Shown: positions 19,582 to 28,866, counted from the first letter of the stretch. The stretch: 64,000 bases of DNA from Candidatus Gottesmanbacteria bacterium (GCA_963701185.1 OY969569.1:34865-98864), one strand, 5' to 3'. Notes: a model not told the origin generated them from the sequence alone. Made by a program: numbers and translations.

Positions 19582-20531
19582 ACAAGACTGACGATTGTTT
19601 TTTTTAGTGTTTCTATACTTTTCTCATCGTAGACAGAACAGGTGAACACGTGTTTCGTACTAAACATTCTTTTTACTTCGTTAATTCGTTCAGGATCCGC
19701 AAGATCGGTTTTGGTTAATACGATATATTCCGGCTTTGCGAGCAGCAGAGGATTAAATTGCTTAAATTCTTCTCTGATAGTTGTATATGCTCCCATCGGA
19801 TCTTCATGGTTGACGTCGATGCAGTGCAGGAGTATTTTCGTTTTCTCTATATGTTTGAGGAAATCAATTCCCAGGCCTTTACCGCGGGACGCCCCTTCGA
19901 TCAGCCCGGGGATATCGGCAATAGGGTGCGTGCCCAACATGCCGACTGTCGGGTCCAGCGTGGTAAAGGGGTAGGCGGCAACTGCGGGACGGGCATTGGT
20001 TAATACGGTTAATAAGCTGCTTTTTCCGGCGTTAGGAAGCCCGATGAGCCCTATTTCCGCAATCAAACGCAGTTCCAGTAAAAGTTCCCGTTCCTGTCCG
20101 GGTTCACCTTTCTCGGCATGTTTCGGGGTTTGGTTGACGGAACTTTTGAAATTGACGTTTCCGCGTCCTCCGCGTCCGCCCTGGGCCGCAAGCACTGGTT
20201 TGCCAATCTCGGTAATTTCTATGGATGCTTTTGTCGCCATATCGGTCACTTTGGTGCCGATGGGGATAAGGACAGATACGTCCTCGGCTTTCCGTCCGTT
20301 CTTTTTTTGTTTGGCACCGTCCCCCCCCCGTTTGGCAATAATGGTTTTGGTATACCGGAATTGCCGCAGGTCGTTGACGTCCGTGGATCCGACAAAGAAG
20401 ATGTTTCCGCCCGCGCCGCCGTTGCCGCCGTCCGGGCCGCCTTTCCGTGTCTGGCCGTTCTGTAGCAGCGACGCCGATCCTGCGCCTCCGCTTCCGGCCT
20501 TAATCTTGAGAGTGATGTTATCAACCAACAT
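19578..20531 (-). CDS. obg: GTPase Obg (no C-terminal TGS domain)
   Basis: Gly-rich Obg fold (GGAGSASLLQNG...GGNGGAGGNIFF) followed by a GTPase domain. Confidence 0.9.
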   Translation of the reverse strand: MLVDNITLKIKAGSGGAGSASLLQNGQTRKGGPDGGNGGAGGNIFFVGSTDVNDLRQFRYTKTIIAKRGGDGAKQKKNGRKAEDVSVLIPIGTKVTDMATKASIEITEIGKPVLAAQGGRGGRGNVNFKSSVNQTPKHAEKGEPGQERELLLELRLIAEIGLIGLPNAGKSSLLTVLTNARPAVAAYPFTTLDPTVGMLGTHPIADIPGLIEGASRGKGLGIDFLKHIEKTKILLHCIDVNHEDPMGAYTTIREEFKQFNPLLLAKPEYIVLTKTDLADPERINEVKRMFSTKHVFTCSVYDEKSIETLKKTIVSLV

Positions 20532-20588
20532 GCCTGTATTGTAGCACGGTTAGAGTTTGAGGCTGTATTTGGAGTATAATATGGCTAT

Positions 20589-20659
20589 TGCGGGATCGTA
20601 TAATGGTAGTACGCATCCCTCTGGAGGATGTTATCTTGGTTCGAATCCAAGTCCCGCAG
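20589..20659 (+). tRNA. tRNA-Gln (anticodon CUG), CCA not encoded
   Basis: Hand-folded cloverleaf: acceptor UGCGGGA/UCCCGCA, 3-bp D-stem with GG in the loop, anticodon stem CAUCC/GGAUG with loop CUCUGGA (U33, CUG), T-arm CUUGG-UUCGAAU-CCAAG, discriminator G and U1:A72 as in bacterial tRNA-Gln; TATAAT at 20575-20580. Confidence 0.8.
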
Positions 20660-20661
20660 CA
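20645..20661 (+). repeat. 17-bp direct repeat, copy 1 (3' end of tRNA-Gln), putative att core
   Basis: ATCCAAGTCCCGCAGCA; identical second copy at 20809-20825. Confidence 0.7.
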
Positions 20662-20808
20662 TGTTCCGGAAAACTCACCTTGTGGGTTTGCCGAAACATA
20701 GTGGATTATGGGTGAGAACCAACTTTTGGTTCGGGAATGAGAAGTCATTATCGCAACAACGATTGCGATAATAGACGGATCATTCATGGAGCCTGAAGGG
20801 CGAACATC

Positions 20809-20825
20809 ATCCAAGTCCCGCAGCA
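20809..20825 (+). repeat. 17-bp direct repeat, copy 2 (partial tRNA 3'-end duplicate, attR-like)
   Basis: Perfect ATCCAAGTCCCGCAGCA without an upstream tRNA body; immediately precedes the AT-rich gene block. Confidence 0.7.
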
Positions 20826-20852
20826 AAGTCGGAAGAAGAATCAATAATTCGT

Positions 20853-21704
20853 ATGAAAAAATATATAGTCTTAGATTCAAATAATATAGTTTGTTTTTTT
20901 GAGGGTGGATTTTCACTTGCTCAACAAAAGGGGGTGTTTTCTGCTCCAGAAGAAATAATTGTTTTAGAGCATTTATTAACAGTATTAGATAAAAATAAAG
21001 TTAGTTTAATTCTTCCAGAAGTAGTTATTTTGGAATGCGAGCGAATTAAGGAAGAAAAAAAGGAAGATTTAAGCAAACTTTATGCTATTGCCTTAAAAGG
21101 CGTCGATGATGCAAGTATTCCAAATAAAACGATTGCTGCTCACTCAAGAGGAGAAATTAAAAAAACAATGGAGGATCTTTGTGAAGAAGAAAAAGATAAA
21201 ATAGAAATTGCTTGGTCACTATTTAAAAAAATTATCAACAATAAAAATACACACGTAATTGAATTGAATGGAAGTATTTTATTAAGTGCTTATAAAAGAG
21301 GTTTGATGGGTAAAAAACCTTTTGTAATGAGACATTCAAATAGTAAAGATCCAGATTTTAATAATAAGCCCTTACATGATATTCAACCGGATTGTATTCT
21401 TGTAGAGAGCGTGAAGTTTTTTTTGGCGGATAAAAAAGATTATGAGCTTTATTTAGGTACAAATGATAATAACTTTTTTACTTCTAATGAAAAGAAAATT
21501 ATTGATCCAAATATACAAAGAGAACTTATGGTGAAAAAAGCTTATTTAACACTTTCAGATCTACTAAATAAAGTTTTAGGAATAAAAATACCAATAAGGC
21601 AAAAAATTGATAAAGAACAAAACTTAAATGCGTTTCCGTTAATTTCAAAAAGTGCGACAGTTGAAAGTAAAGGCGAAGACGACCCTTTAATTGTTAAAGG
21701 TTAA
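20853..21704 (+). CDS. PIN-like domain protein (AT-rich island)
   Basis: N-terminus MKKYIVLDSNNIV resembles the PIN VLDTNVLI signature with its catalytic Asp; about 30% GC versus about 50% in flanks. Confidence 0.45.
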   Translation: MKKYIVLDSNNIVCFFEGGFSLAQQKGVFSAPEEIIVLEHLLTVLDKNKVSLILPEVVILECERIKEEKKEDLSKLYAIALKGVDDASIPNKTIAAHSRGEIKKTMEDLCEEEKDKIEIAWSLFKKIINNKNTHVIELNGSILLSAYKRGLMGKKPFVMRHSNSKDPDFNNKPLHDIQPDCILVESVKFFLADKKDYELYLGTNDNNFFTSNEKKIIDPNIQRELMVKKAYLTLSDLLNKVLGIKIPIRQKIDKEQNLNAFPLISKSATVESKGEDDPLIVKG

Positions 21705-21730
21705 GTGATTATCTAAAATTAATATCATAT

Positions 21731-22006
21731 ATGAACACTTTTTTAATATCATTTGAAATATTTGCCCCATCTCTCCCAGTGCAAGAGGGAATACTTATTA
21801 ATGCAATAAAATCTTTCGGTTCTTGGGCCAGGCCAACATCAAAAATATGGTTAATTAAAACCTATTTGACAAGGGAACAGGTTATGGGCAATTTGAGGTC
21901 CCAAGCAGGACCGAACGACAGTATACTTGTGATGTTAGTAAGTAATGATTGGATTGCAATTAATTTGCCAAATGACGTTATCAATTGGATGAAATCAGGA
22001 CTATAA
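21731..22006 (+). CDS. Hypothetical protein (AT-rich island)
   Basis: 91-aa ORF, no recognised domain; same strand and composition as the PIN-like gene. Confidence 0.3.
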   Translation: MNTFLISFEIFAPSLPVQEGILINAIKSFGSWARPTSKIWLIKTYLTREQVMGNLRSQAGPNDSILVMLVSNDWIAINLPNDVINWMKSGL

Positions 22007-22041
22007 CGATCATAAGGTCCGCAATCGGCCCACTCAGCAGA

Positions 22042-22260
22042 ATGAAACTCGGGAAATATCAGCATTCGAAAACGGGAAGATATTATCAAGTCCTTGGTGT
22101 AGCAAAACACTCCGAAACACTTGAAGAATTTGTGGTGTATAAAGCGTTATACGATAACCCCAAAGGGAAGCTGTGGATACGGCCGTTGAGCATGTTTTTG
22201 GAAAAGGTCTTAATAAAAGGGAAGAAAGTACCGCGTTTCAAGTTTGTGAAAATGGTATAG
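22042..22260 (+). CDS. DUF1653 family protein
   Basis: MKLGKYQHSKTGRYYQVLGVAKHSETLEEFVVYKALYDNPKGKLWIRPLSMF matches the DUF1653 pattern; start may instead be 21985. Confidence 0.55.
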   Translation: MKLGKYQHSKTGRYYQVLGVAKHSETLEEFVVYKALYDNPKGKLWIRPLSMFLEKVLIKGKKVPRFKFVKMV

Positions 22261-22290
22261 TATATGTATATGGCGAAAGGAGAAAAAAAT

Positions 22291-22497
22291 ATGAAAGATA
22301 TGAAAGATTGTTGCGGTGGGAAGAAAATGACGCCGGCCGTCGGCGGGGGAGCGGTGTATGGATTGGGATGTATCGGGGCGGCGGTGTATTTTATCCAGCA
22401 CGCGGCGAATTTTGGTGACGGAATATTCGGAGTCCTCAAAGCAGTCGTTTGGCCGGCACTGCTTATCTACAAAGTGCTTGGACTGCTAAACATATAA
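22291..22497 (+). CDS. Small hydrophobic membrane protein
   Basis: AGGAG 8 nt upstream; MKDMKDCCGGKKMTPAVGGGAVYGLGCIGAAVYFI... Gly-rich TM. Confidence 0.4.
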   Translation: MKDMKDCCGGKKMTPAVGGGAVYGLGCIGAAVYFIQHAANFGDGIFGVLKAVVWPALLIYKVLGLLNI

Positions 22498-22516
22498 CGT
22501 TCCCTCTATTTGCGTG

Positions 22517-22546
22517 TTGCAAGGCGGACGTATGTTTAGGTAGAAT
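22517..22546 (+). promoter_or_regulatory. Sigma70-like promoter (TTGCAA, 18 nt, TAGAAT) giving a near-leaderless ldh/mdh transcript
   Basis: The -10 ends 9 nt before the ATG at 22556; no Shine-Dalgarno. Confidence 0.4.
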
Positions 22547-22555
22547 GCTGTAAAG

Positions 22556-23488
22556 ATGCATGTAGCAATTATCGGAACAGGAAGAGTGGGACAAACCCTC
22601 GCATACACTCTTATTCATGAACCATATATACGTGAGCTGTCGCTGTCCGACATTATTCCGAATGTGACCTGCGCGCTTGCAGAAGAACTCAGACATGCTT
22701 GTGTCGGCACCGGAATACCTATAAAAATCAACGCGTACGAAGACAACCGAAAGATACGGAATGCGGACATTATTATCATTAGTGCCGGTATGCCGCGCTC
22801 TCCGCACATGCAAAGCAGAAATGACTTGACTCACGCAAACGCGCGGATTATTAAATCCATAGCATTAGAGATCGCAGGACAGAACAGGAATGCTACATAT
22901 GTCATGATTACGAACCCCGTTGACGCCATGGCCACGCTATTTACTACGTATTCACGTGCGAAATTTGTCATAAGCACCGGCACGAGCCTGGATACGCTCC
23001 GGTTTAAATCGGAAATAGCAAAATATCTCAACGTTCCCGTTCATAACGTTGAAGGATTTGTTGCCGGAGAACACGGGGAAAGGGCAGTATTTTTATGGTC
23101 GACCGTAAAAGTTTGTCATCTGCCGCTCCCGACGTATTTAAGACAAAAAAAGAAACGGATTCAAAAAGAGAAAATCGAGGATTCCGTTCGCGAGATATCG
23201 AAAATGATTATCCGCGACCTCGGCGGGACCAAATTCGGTCCTGCATCGGCGTTTCGGCAAATTGTTTCCGCGTTGGCGCTACACAACAACGACATAATAA
23301 GTATAGCTACACTGCAGTTACATCGGGATATACCCAAAGCCATTCACACGAGTATCCCGATGCGGATGGGCAAGAAGCTTCGCCATTTTCCGGATCATAC
23401 ATTTACCGAGCAGGAACGGCAGGGCTTAACAGCGGCCGCACGGTCTATTTGGGAAACGTATCAGGAGGCGTTACGCGCTGTGGAATAA
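22556..23488 (+). CDS. L-lactate/malate dehydrogenase family protein
   Basis: Rossmann IIGTGRVG, ITNPVDAM, GEHGE; substrate not assignable by eye (Arg near the Q/R specificity position hints at malate dehydrogenase). Confidence 0.8.
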   Translation: MHVAIIGTGRVGQTLAYTLIHEPYIRELSLSDIIPNVTCALAEELRHACVGTGIPIKINAYEDNRKIRNADIIIISAGMPRSPHMQSRNDLTHANARIIKSIALEIAGQNRNATYVMITNPVDAMATLFTTYSRAKFVISTGTSLDTLRFKSEIAKYLNVPVHNVEGFVAGEHGERAVFLWSTVKVCHLPLPTYLRQKKKRIQKEKIEDSVREISKMIIRDLGGTKFGPASAFRQIVSALALHNNDIISIATLQLHRDIPKAIHTSIPMRMGKKLRHFPDHTFTEQERQGLTAAARSIWETYQEALRAVE

Positions 23489-23521
23489 CGCAAATTGGGT
23501 TGTATACTATTGTCTAATATC

Positions 23522-24196
23522 ATGAAAAAGAACTGGGTGATGGGTCGTGCGAGTATTTTGTTCCTCACGCTTTTTGTCTTTCGCGTTCCTGTATTTGCCC
23601 AAACGGCAACGCCGACACTGACTCCGACGGGATGCTGGGATCCTGCGCCCGGCGGGTCAGTAGAATTGAAAACTGCGTCGCCCTCCGGCGAACACGACAT
23701 CGCGCTTACCTGGACTTCGGCGCTGGACCCTGTTTCCTACTATCTTCTTTCCTACGGCATGGAATCGGGAAAATATATATACGGCAATCCGAATATGGGC
23801 GGGCAGGGGACCACGTCGTATACCGTCGGCGGATTAACAAAAGGAAAAACCTATTATTTCGCCGTCCGGGCGGGGAACGGCTGTACCCCGGGTACGTTTT
23901 CCAACGAACTTTCAGCGGTTGCGGGAGAAACTCCTACCCCTACGCCTCAGCCAGAGGCTGATCGTCCTCTGGACGACACGCCTACCCCCACCCCGGAGCC
24001 TCCGGCTCCGACTGCGACTCCCACGCCTGTGCCGCAGGTGCTTGCGGCGGAAACATCTTCGACCCCCGGATCGAACTCAGTCATCGGCTACATCATGCTC
24101 GGGGCAACTGCATTCGGGATTCTTCTTGTACTTGTTAGTGGTTTCCTCTTGCTGCGGATGAAGAAGGCTTCCTCCAGCGCTTCCAATTTGCATTGA
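23522..24196 (+). CDS. Secreted fibronectin-III-like domain protein with a PT-rich linker and C-terminal TM anchor
   Basis: Signal peptide, FN3-like segment (YYLLSYGMESGKYIYG...TYYFAVRAGNG), TPTPTPQPE..TPTPTPEPPAPTATPTP, C-terminal TM. Confidence 0.55.
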   Translation: MKKNWVMGRASILFLTLFVFRVPVFAQTATPTLTPTGCWDPAPGGSVELKTASPSGEHDIALTWTSALDPVSYYLLSYGMESGKYIYGNPNMGGQGTTSYTVGGLTKGKTYYFAVRAGNGCTPGTFSNELSAVAGETPTPTPQPEADRPLDDTPTPTPEPPAPTATPTPVPQVLAAETSSTPGSNSVIGYIMLGATAFGILLVLVSGFLLLRMKKASSSASNLH

Positions 24197-24659
24197 CATA
24201 TCCCAGGGTTACGATATCGTCGAATATGTCAAACAAATAATGTGTGAGCATTGCGCCGAATAGGATCACACCCGTTTTCCAGTCATAGAAGAAAGACGCA
24301 AGGGATAGAATGATGAGAAATGTCACGAAATAAAAATTGTGAGTAGCAAGATCCGTCTGATATTTGTGTCCGGTTTCCAGAAATTTTGTCAGTATCCGCC
24401 ACTCACGGCCCTTGAAGAAATCTTTAACCTGTTGGGAGTATGTATCTTTTCTGCCGTAGAAAAAAAAGTAGAAAAAATGATCGAGGTCCGGCAGAAGCGA
24501 TCCGACAACGGCAACCGTGATCCAGCGCATGTTAAACTGCTGCCAGATTTCCCTCAGATACCACGCCCACATGAGGCCCAGAAGCACGTGGTAAAATTCG
24601 TGCCTGGCATGCCACATAATAAATCCGAGTCCTTTGAGACGGGCTACCGATCGCCGCAT
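24135..24659 (-). CDS. Membrane-bound metal-dependent hydrolase-like protein (DUF457-like)
   Basis: Multi-TM, HxxxxG and LPDLDH motifs; converges on and overlaps the FN3-like gene by 62 bp. Confidence 0.35.
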   Translation of the reverse strand: MRRSVARLKGLGFIMWHARHEFYHVLLGLMWAWYLREIWQQFNMRWITVAVVGSLLPDLDHFFYFFFYGRKDTYSQQVKDFFKGREWRILTKFLETGHKYQTDLATHNFYFVTFLIILSLASFFYDWKTGVILFGAMLTHYLFDIFDDIVTLGYVNANWKRWRKPSSSAARGNH

Positions 24660-24668
24660 AGCATTATC

Positions 24669-25535
24669 CTACTCCAGCGATGGGTTGGAGGCAAGAGAAA
24701 CTCCTAAATATGCAATGCTTGCATAGACAAAACCCAGGAATACGTCAACGACATAATGTTCCCCGAGATACACCACGGCAAACCACACGCCGGCAACATA
24801 GGGGAGCGCGAGGATGGAAAAACCGCGGATTTTTTTCAGCAGAAATATAAAGATAAGCCACGGGTATGCGGCGTGAAGGGACGGGACTGCCGCCACAAGA
24901 TTCGCTCCGAAAAACCGGTAGACGGACGGGACATCAATTGGGTGGGCAAACGATATCATGACCATGTCCATAATTTTCTTCAGCGGCGGGATATACCCGT
25001 CATTACTTGCCATCCACGGCGGCATGGCGGGGAAGATGATGAACGTAAAAAATGCCATGTAGGAAAGGATGAGAAACGCTGCGGTAAATTCCTTAAAAAT
25101 TTTTCTGTCGGATATCCAGAAAACAAACGCAACAACCATCGGGATGATGAAATGAGATATGTAGAGTATCACGGCCATGTAGTCGTACCAATGGAGCGTG
25201 ATGCCGTCAAAGAGCGCGCCCTGGAGTTTGATAGTCGGCAGGAATCCGAACAAAAGCTCATCCGCCCGTATCATCGGCCAGATATGTACGTATTTTGTGA
25301 GAAACGGTACGATACCGCGCAAATATTCGTACCCGAATAAAAGTAAGAGGACCGGTATCCAGTCCCGCAGAAATTGTTTCGTCCGGCCGATGAATATCGT
25401 GGCAAGTATCGCAAATGCGAAAAACTGGTCCGGAGACAGCCACGCGCGGTGCCAGATCATATAGCTACTGACCGCAAGAATATAGACAATCGGGATACTA
25501 TACATCAGTTTGTTGTAAAACTGCGATTTGTTCAT
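24669..25535 (-). CDS. PAP2-superfamily membrane protein
   Basis: Multi-TM with VPSLHAAYP (PSGH-like) and GEHYVVDV (HxxxD) acid-phosphatase motifs. Confidence 0.55.
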   Translation of the reverse strand: MNKSQFYNKLMYSIPIVYILAVSSYMIWHRAWLSPDQFFAFAILATIFIGRTKQFLRDWIPVLLLLFGYEYLRGIVPFLTKYVHIWPMIRADELLFGFLPTIKLQGALFDGITLHWYDYMAVILYISHFIIPMVVAFVFWISDRKIFKEFTAAFLILSYMAFFTFIIFPAMPPWMASNDGYIPPLKKIMDMVMISFAHPIDVPSVYRFFGANLVAAVPSLHAAYPWLIFIFLLKKIRGFSILALPYVAGVWFAVVYLGEHYVVDVFLGFVYASIAYLGVSLASNPSLE

Positions 25536-25605
25536 AAACGATTGGGTTATTATATAGAGTTTATCCGATATTTCAAAGTGGACCGGTGTAGTATAATTAC
25601 ACCAT

Positions 25606-26022
25606 ATGAAAGCAGAAAATTTTTCACTTCACGATCAAAATAATACCACTCATACATTAAAACAGTATCAGGGAAGTTGGGTGGTCCTGTATTTTTATCC
25701 TAAAGACGATACGCCGGGCTGTACGATCGAGGCATGCACGTTCCGCGACTCGCTTGCAGAGCTTCAAAAACGCGGCGTAGTCATCTTGGGTGTGTCCAAG
25801 GATTCCGTGGCGTCCCACAAAAAGTTTGCCGAAAAATATCATCTGAATTTTCCGATATTAAGCGACGAATCAAAGGAAGTAATTAAGGCGTATGATGCAC
25901 AGGGGCCGCTCGGCACGCGGCGCATGACCTATCTTATTGATCCGAAAGGTGAAATAACAAAGGTCTATAAGAATGTCAATCCCACCATCCACGCGGGAGA
26001 GATACTCCGGGATCTGCAATAA
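25606..26022 (+). CDS. bcp: Peroxiredoxin Bcp (AhpC/TSA family)
   Basis: PKDDTPGCTIEACTFRD peroxidatic/resolving Cys motif; thioredoxin fold. Confidence 0.85.
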   Translation: MKAENFSLHDQNNTTHTLKQYQGSWVVLYFYPKDDTPGCTIEACTFRDSLAELQKRGVVILGVSKDSVASHKKFAEKYHLNFPILSDESKEVIKAYDAQGPLGTRRMTYLIDPKGEITKVYKNVNPTIHAGEILRDLQ

Positions 26023-26048
26023 CTGATGTATAATAAATATTCTTCAGT

Positions 26049-26850
26049 ATGAATGACACGATTATATCCGTTTCGCATCTAACGAAAAACTATAATGATT
26101 TTACGGCGGTTAACGATATTTCATTTTCCGTTGCAAAAGGGGAAATTGTCGCGTTTTTAGGGCCAAACGGAGCCGGAAAGACAACGACGATTAAAATGCT
26201 TACCACCTTGCTTGCCCCCACCACAGGATCGGTGCATCTGAGCGGCAGAGATGTCATTACGCATCAGGAAGACGCGCGGCGGACGTTCGGGATCGTATTC
26301 CAGGATCCGAGTCTGGATGACGAGCTTACCGCATGGGAGAATCTGGAATTCCACGGCGTCCTGTACAACGTCGCCAAACAACTGCGGCGGACAAGGATTG
26401 AGGAGCTCATGAAGTTTGTGGAATTGTGGGACCGGAAAAACGCATTGGTCAAGACGTTTTCCGGCGGCATGAAAAGGAGACTCGAAATTGCACGCGGGCT
26501 TCTGCATCATCCCGAGAATATTTTTTCTTGATGAGCCGACCATCGGCCTGGACCCGCAAACGAGAAATCACATGTGGAACTACGTCATTAATTTAAATAA
26601 AAAAGAACAGATTACCATATTTTTTACCACCCACTATATCGAAGAGGCGGAAAAAGTTGCGGCGCGCATTATCGTCATCGACCACGGAAAGATCGTGGCA
26701 AGCGGGACGCCCGACGAGCTCAAAAAGAAAACAAAAACAACAACGCTGGAAGAAGCGTTCCTTAAATATACAGGTCATGCCATCCGGGACGAGTCCGCCT
26801 CATCGGCGGATATGCTGCGGGCTCATCGAAGAATGTGGAGGAGAGGATGA
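26049..26850 (+). pseudogene. ABC transporter ATP-binding protein interrupted by a +1 frameshift in a T6 run
   Basis: ORFs 26049-26531 and 26488-26850 encode Walker A (GPNGAGKTT) plus signature (FSGGMKRRLE) and then Walker B (IFFLDEPTIGLD) plus H-loop; removing one T at 26521-26526 restores HHPENIFLDEPT. Confidence 0.8.
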
Positions 26851-27593
26851 ATACAATATATATACTTTGGTTACGACAGTTAAAACGGTATTTCCGCAGC
26901 CGTTCCCGGATCATCGGGTCTTTGGGTCAGCCGATTCTATTTCTTGTTGCCTTGGGGTTCGGACTCGGGCCGGTTTTTCAGAAAGCCGGACAGGGCAACT
27001 ATATCCAGTTCCTCGTGCCGGGGATTGTCGCCATGAGCGTCCTTTTCACTGCCGTATTTTCCGGTATAGAAATTATCTGGGATCGACAGTTTGGTTTTCT
27101 TAAGGAAACGTTGGTTGCTCCCGTATCCCGGTTTGAAATTATGATCGGCAGGACGCTGGGAGGGGCGACCGTTGCCATGATTCAGGGGGTCATCGTGTTT
27201 GCACTTTCATTTTTTGTCGGATTCCGCCCGACGGGCTGGGGGGAAATAGGGCTCGCATTCGTTTTTATGGCGCTTACCGCGATGCTGTTTACGGCACTGG
27301 GGACGGCGATTGCGTCGGTATTGGAGGATATGCAGGGGTTTCAGCTCATTATGAACTTTCTTATCATGCCGCTTTTTTTCCTCTCCGGCGCTCTGTTTCC
27401 TCTGGATAATTTGCCCGGGGTACTCAGGATTGTTGTTGCCGTAGATCCGTTATCCTACGGGGTAGACGGCATGCGCGGGGCGCTGGAAGGCGTGTCCCAT
27501 TTCGGGCTCGGCACGGATTTCGGGGTACTTGCCGTTATGACGCTCGTCATTCTTGCCATCGGGAGCTATCTGTTTTCGAAAATTCAATTGTAA
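26835..27593 (+). CDS. ABC-2 type transporter permease
   Basis: Six TM with the ABC-2 pattern; downstream of the ATPase. Confidence 0.75.
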   Translation: MEERMNTIYILWLRQLKRYFRSRSRIIGSLGQPILFLVALGFGLGPVFQKAGQGNYIQFLVPGIVAMSVLFTAVFSGIEIIWDRQFGFLKETLVAPVSRFEIMIGRTLGGATVAMIQGVIVFALSFFVGFRPTGWGEIGLAFVFMALTAMLFTALGTAIASVLEDMQGFQLIMNFLIMPLFFLSGALFPLDNLPGVLRIVVAVDPLSYGVDGMRGALEGVSHFGLGTDFGVLAVMTLVILAIGSYLFSKIQL

Positions 27594-28134
27594 CGTGAAA
27601 CAATATTTGTTAGTTGTTGCTATACTTATCGTAGGACTTCTCTATGTCGTCCGGCCGTATTTTTTTCAAAAAAAATCTGTGCCCGTTGCCGAGAGTATGA
27701 AACTCACAAGTCCTGCATTTGAAAATTATCAAAAGATCCCCGCTCTTTTTACCTGTGACGGCACGAAGAGACACCCGCCGCTTTCGGTATCCGGCGTTCC
27801 CGCAGGGGCAAAATCACTGGCGATCATTGTGGATGACCCCGACGCTCCATCGGGGATATTTACTCACTGGGTTATTTGGAATATCGATCCGTTAACAAAA
27901 GAAATTGCGGAAGGGTCTGTGCCGGAGAAATCGCAGGAGGGGACTAATTCATCAGGTGAAACAGGCTATACGCCGCCGTGTCCTCCCTCCGGTCAGCACA
28001 GGTATTTTTTTACGCTGTATGCCCTGGACGCGAAGCTGGGATTGGACGGGAAAGCGATGAAGGCGGATGTGGAGAAATCCATAGCCGGCCACGTGATGGC
28101 GCAGTCCCTTCTGGTAGGCGTGTATGGTCGGTAG
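27553..28134 (+). CDS. YbhB/YbcL-family PEBP protein with an N-terminal signal anchor
   Basis: DDPDAPSG..THWVIWNI and GYTPPCPPSGQHRYFFTLYALD motifs; alternative starts GTG 27596 or ATG 27697. Confidence 0.75.
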   Translation: MPSGAICFRKFNCNVKQYLLVVAILIVGLLYVVRPYFFQKKSVPVAESMKLTSPAFENYQKIPALFTCDGTKRHPPLSVSGVPAGAKSLAIIVDDPDAPSGIFTHWVIWNIDPLTKEIAEGSVPEKSQEGTNSSGETGYTPPCPPSGQHRYFFTLYALDAKLGLDGKAMKADVEKSIAGHVMAQSLLVGVYGR

Positions 28135-28155
28135 GATTGTGGTACTATTGCACTC

Positions 28156-28866
28156 ATGAAACGCTTACTTCTGGTTTTTGCCCATCCGGGTGATGAATGT
28201 GTAAGCTGCGGCGGAACCGTTGCAAAATATACGGCCGCAGGGTGGAAAGCAGATCTTCTCTGCGCAACGAACGGAACGGAAGCTGTGAGAAGTGAACTGC
28301 AGAAAGCCGGCATTGCCCTCGGTATCAACTCGATTACGTTTTTGGGATACCAGGAGGGAACACTATCGGCCATTCCGCCGGGAGAACTGGAAGATACCGT
28401 GTACAAAAAAATGGAAGAATTGGTGCCGGACGCCGTTGTTACCATGGATACGACGGGGATCAATAACGATCCCGATCATGTGAGAATGTGTTTTGTGGCG
28501 ACCTACGCATTCCAGAAATATGCGGCGTGGATTGAAGAACGTCTGAAGGATCAGGAACAGTCCGCTCAAATGTTTCCCAAACTGTATTATGCGTGTCTGC
28601 CCGAGTCCGTCGCGGACTATTTAAAGAAAAAGAAAACTCTGCTGGCAGAATCGTTCGGCAAGCCCTGGCAGGGGACAGCAGATAAAAATATTACCACGGT
28701 GATAAATATTATGAAGTCCGCTGCTGATAAAAAGAAAGCGCTGACATGGATCTCATCGGACATGCAATTCCAGCCGCTTTTACACCAGGAATATTTTTAC
28801 CTGCGGATGCAGGGCACCACGGAAGTTTTTATGGGGAAAAATGACCATGTCGCTAACCATCTCTAA
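28156..28866 (+). CDS. PIG-L family deacetylase (LmbE-like)
   Basis: VFAHPGDEC (AHPDDE) metal-binding motif and the LmbE fold pattern. Confidence 0.75.
   Translation: MKRLLLVFAHPGDECVSCGGTVAKYTAAGWKADLLCATNGTEAVRSELQKAGIALGINSITFLGYQEGTLSAIPPGELEDTVYKKMEELVPDAVVTMDTTGINNDPDHVRMCFVATYAFQKYAAWIEERLKDQEQSAQMFPKLYYACLPESVADYLKKKKTLLAESFGKPWQGTADKNITTVINIMKSAADKKKALTWISSDMQFQPLLHQEYFYLRMQGTTEVFMGKNDHVANHL

Noticed and set aside
20589-20825. Possibility that the duplicated tRNA 3' end reflects a group I intron or a split or permuted tRNA
   Set aside because: The tRNA is complete and contiguous with an intact anticodon loop, and the second copy lacks any 5' half. An integration-scar interpretation fits better.
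20521-20916. 131-aa minus-strand ORF spanning the tRNA-Gln region
   Set aside because: It overlaps a well-folded tRNA and the att-like repeats, so it is a shadow ORF.
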